This document shows positions 57,618 to 58,190 of a DNA stretch of 58,190 nt, piece by piece. The notes beneath the pieces are model-generated. The model had not been told where the DNA came from. It saw only the letters and a program-made list of their open reading frames with translations, and did not search any database. Source of the stretch: an uncultured virus (IMG/VR IMGVR_UViG_3300027734_000046) (lineage: Duplodnaviria; Heunggongvirae; Uroviricota; Caudoviricetes); the IMG/VR virus record IMGVR_UViG_3300027734_000046, positions 62,001-120,190 of that record; one strand, 5' to 3'. Made by a program: the position numbers and the translations under genes. Numbering within the stretch: position 1 is the stretch's first letter; every line of letters starts with the position of its first letter.

Positions 57618-57640
57618 AAAGCCCAGATTGTCTGGGCTTT
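57618..57640. terminator. Bidirectional intrinsic terminator
   Basis: AAAGCCCAGA-ttg-TCTGGGCTTT between convergent genes, with A/T tails on both sides. Confidence 0.9.
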
Positions 57641-58025
57641 ATTTATTTGGATATCTAATCATTGTATTTCTAAATCTAAAATCTTTATACTTACCAGTAT
57701 TTGAACCAAAACCAAATCGTTTATAGAAGCGTAATAAGCCTGTTTTAGAGCTTTCTGTGTCTTCTGGGGTCAATACACATAATAAACTATATTTATCACA
57801 CAGCGCCGTTATTTCCGTCATCAATGCTGTTCCTAACCCCTGTCTTCTTTGCGCCTTGTCTTTTACCTTGATTGAGGCTACTTCAATTGCATCATTGCCT
57901 TTCAAATATATCCAACAAGCCATACCCAATGCGTCATATTTTTGTATGATACTATCTAATTCTGTTTGAATTTTAAATCTTACATCATCTTCAACAACCT
58001 CTTGTAATATTTGTAATATTTTCAT
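57639..58025 (-). CDS. GNAT-family acetyltransferase
   Basis: IEVASIKV...QRRQGLGTALM (acetyl-CoA motif A)...LLRFYKRFGF. Confidence 0.85.
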   Translation of the reverse strand: MKILQILQEVVEDDVRFKIQTELDSIIQKYDALGMACWIYLKGNDAIEVASIKVKDKAQRRQGLGTALMTEITALCDKYSLLCVLTPEDTESSKTGLLRFYKRFGFGSNTGKYKDFRFRNTMIRYPNK

Positions 58026-58028
58026 ATA

Positions 58029-58190
58029 TTAATTTCTCATATTTTTACCTAACAAACCTTCTCGATGCATTCTAAGTTTTAATTCTTTACGCCATTTGGC
58101 CCTTGTTTCACCTGTAAACTTATTATTAACACTATGCAATGATGGCGATAACTCTAACATATCTTGGAATGTCATCTCATCCCACATATC
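58029..58190 (-). CDS. C-terminal fragment of a gene starting beyond the window
   Basis: Open frame ...DMWDEMTFQDMLELSPSLHSVNNKFTGETRAKWRKELKLRMHREGLLGKNMRN* stopping 3 nt before the GNAT start. Confidence 0.65.
   Translation of the reverse strand, partial: DMWDEMTFQDMLELSPSLHSVNNKFTGETRAKWRKELKLRMHREGLLGKNMRN

Noticed and set aside
1..58190. Stop-codon reassignment (TAG or TGA), as in some large Bacteroidota phages
   Set aside because: Genes tile densely under code 11, and TAG ends proteins at sensible positions (7635, 27847, 46696).

Overview
AT-rich, gene-dense 58 kb segment that reads as part of a large (probably jumbo) contractile-tailed dsDNA phage, using the standard genetic code and most likely infecting a Bacteroidota host. 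1-24070 (minus strand): a block of long Gly/Ser/Thr-rich tail-fibre/appendage genes built from shuffled modules, interrupted by a 1279-aa signal-peptide protein with two beta-helix domains, five TSP1-like Cys repeats and a T9SS-like C-terminal sorting domain. A symmetric divergent promoter at 24080-24123 switches strand. 24133-26476: small hypothetical genes and a WYL protein. 26582-50517: a ~24 kb cluster of about 14 putative glycosyltransferases, 4 SAM methyltransferases, GDP-mannose 3,5-epimerase, WecB and a HAD/nucleotidyltransferase fusion, with no recognisable polysaccharide export machinery, plus dUTPase, GMP reductase/IMPDH, PhoH and two apparently degenerate hydrolases. 50518-56608: a phage sigma factor followed by a gp5-like baseplate protein and other probable structural genes. 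56614-57640: a self-contained zinc-ribbon gene unit with a three-way-junction leader and 12-nt complementary 5' and 3' ends. Best candidates for new biology: the phage-encoded T9SS cargo, the export-less glycosylation cluster next to S/T-rich fibres, the structured and end-paired mRNA, the ATATTTAT promoter/sigma pair, and T4-CTS-like N-termini. All family calls are from motif recognition by eye; no searches were run.
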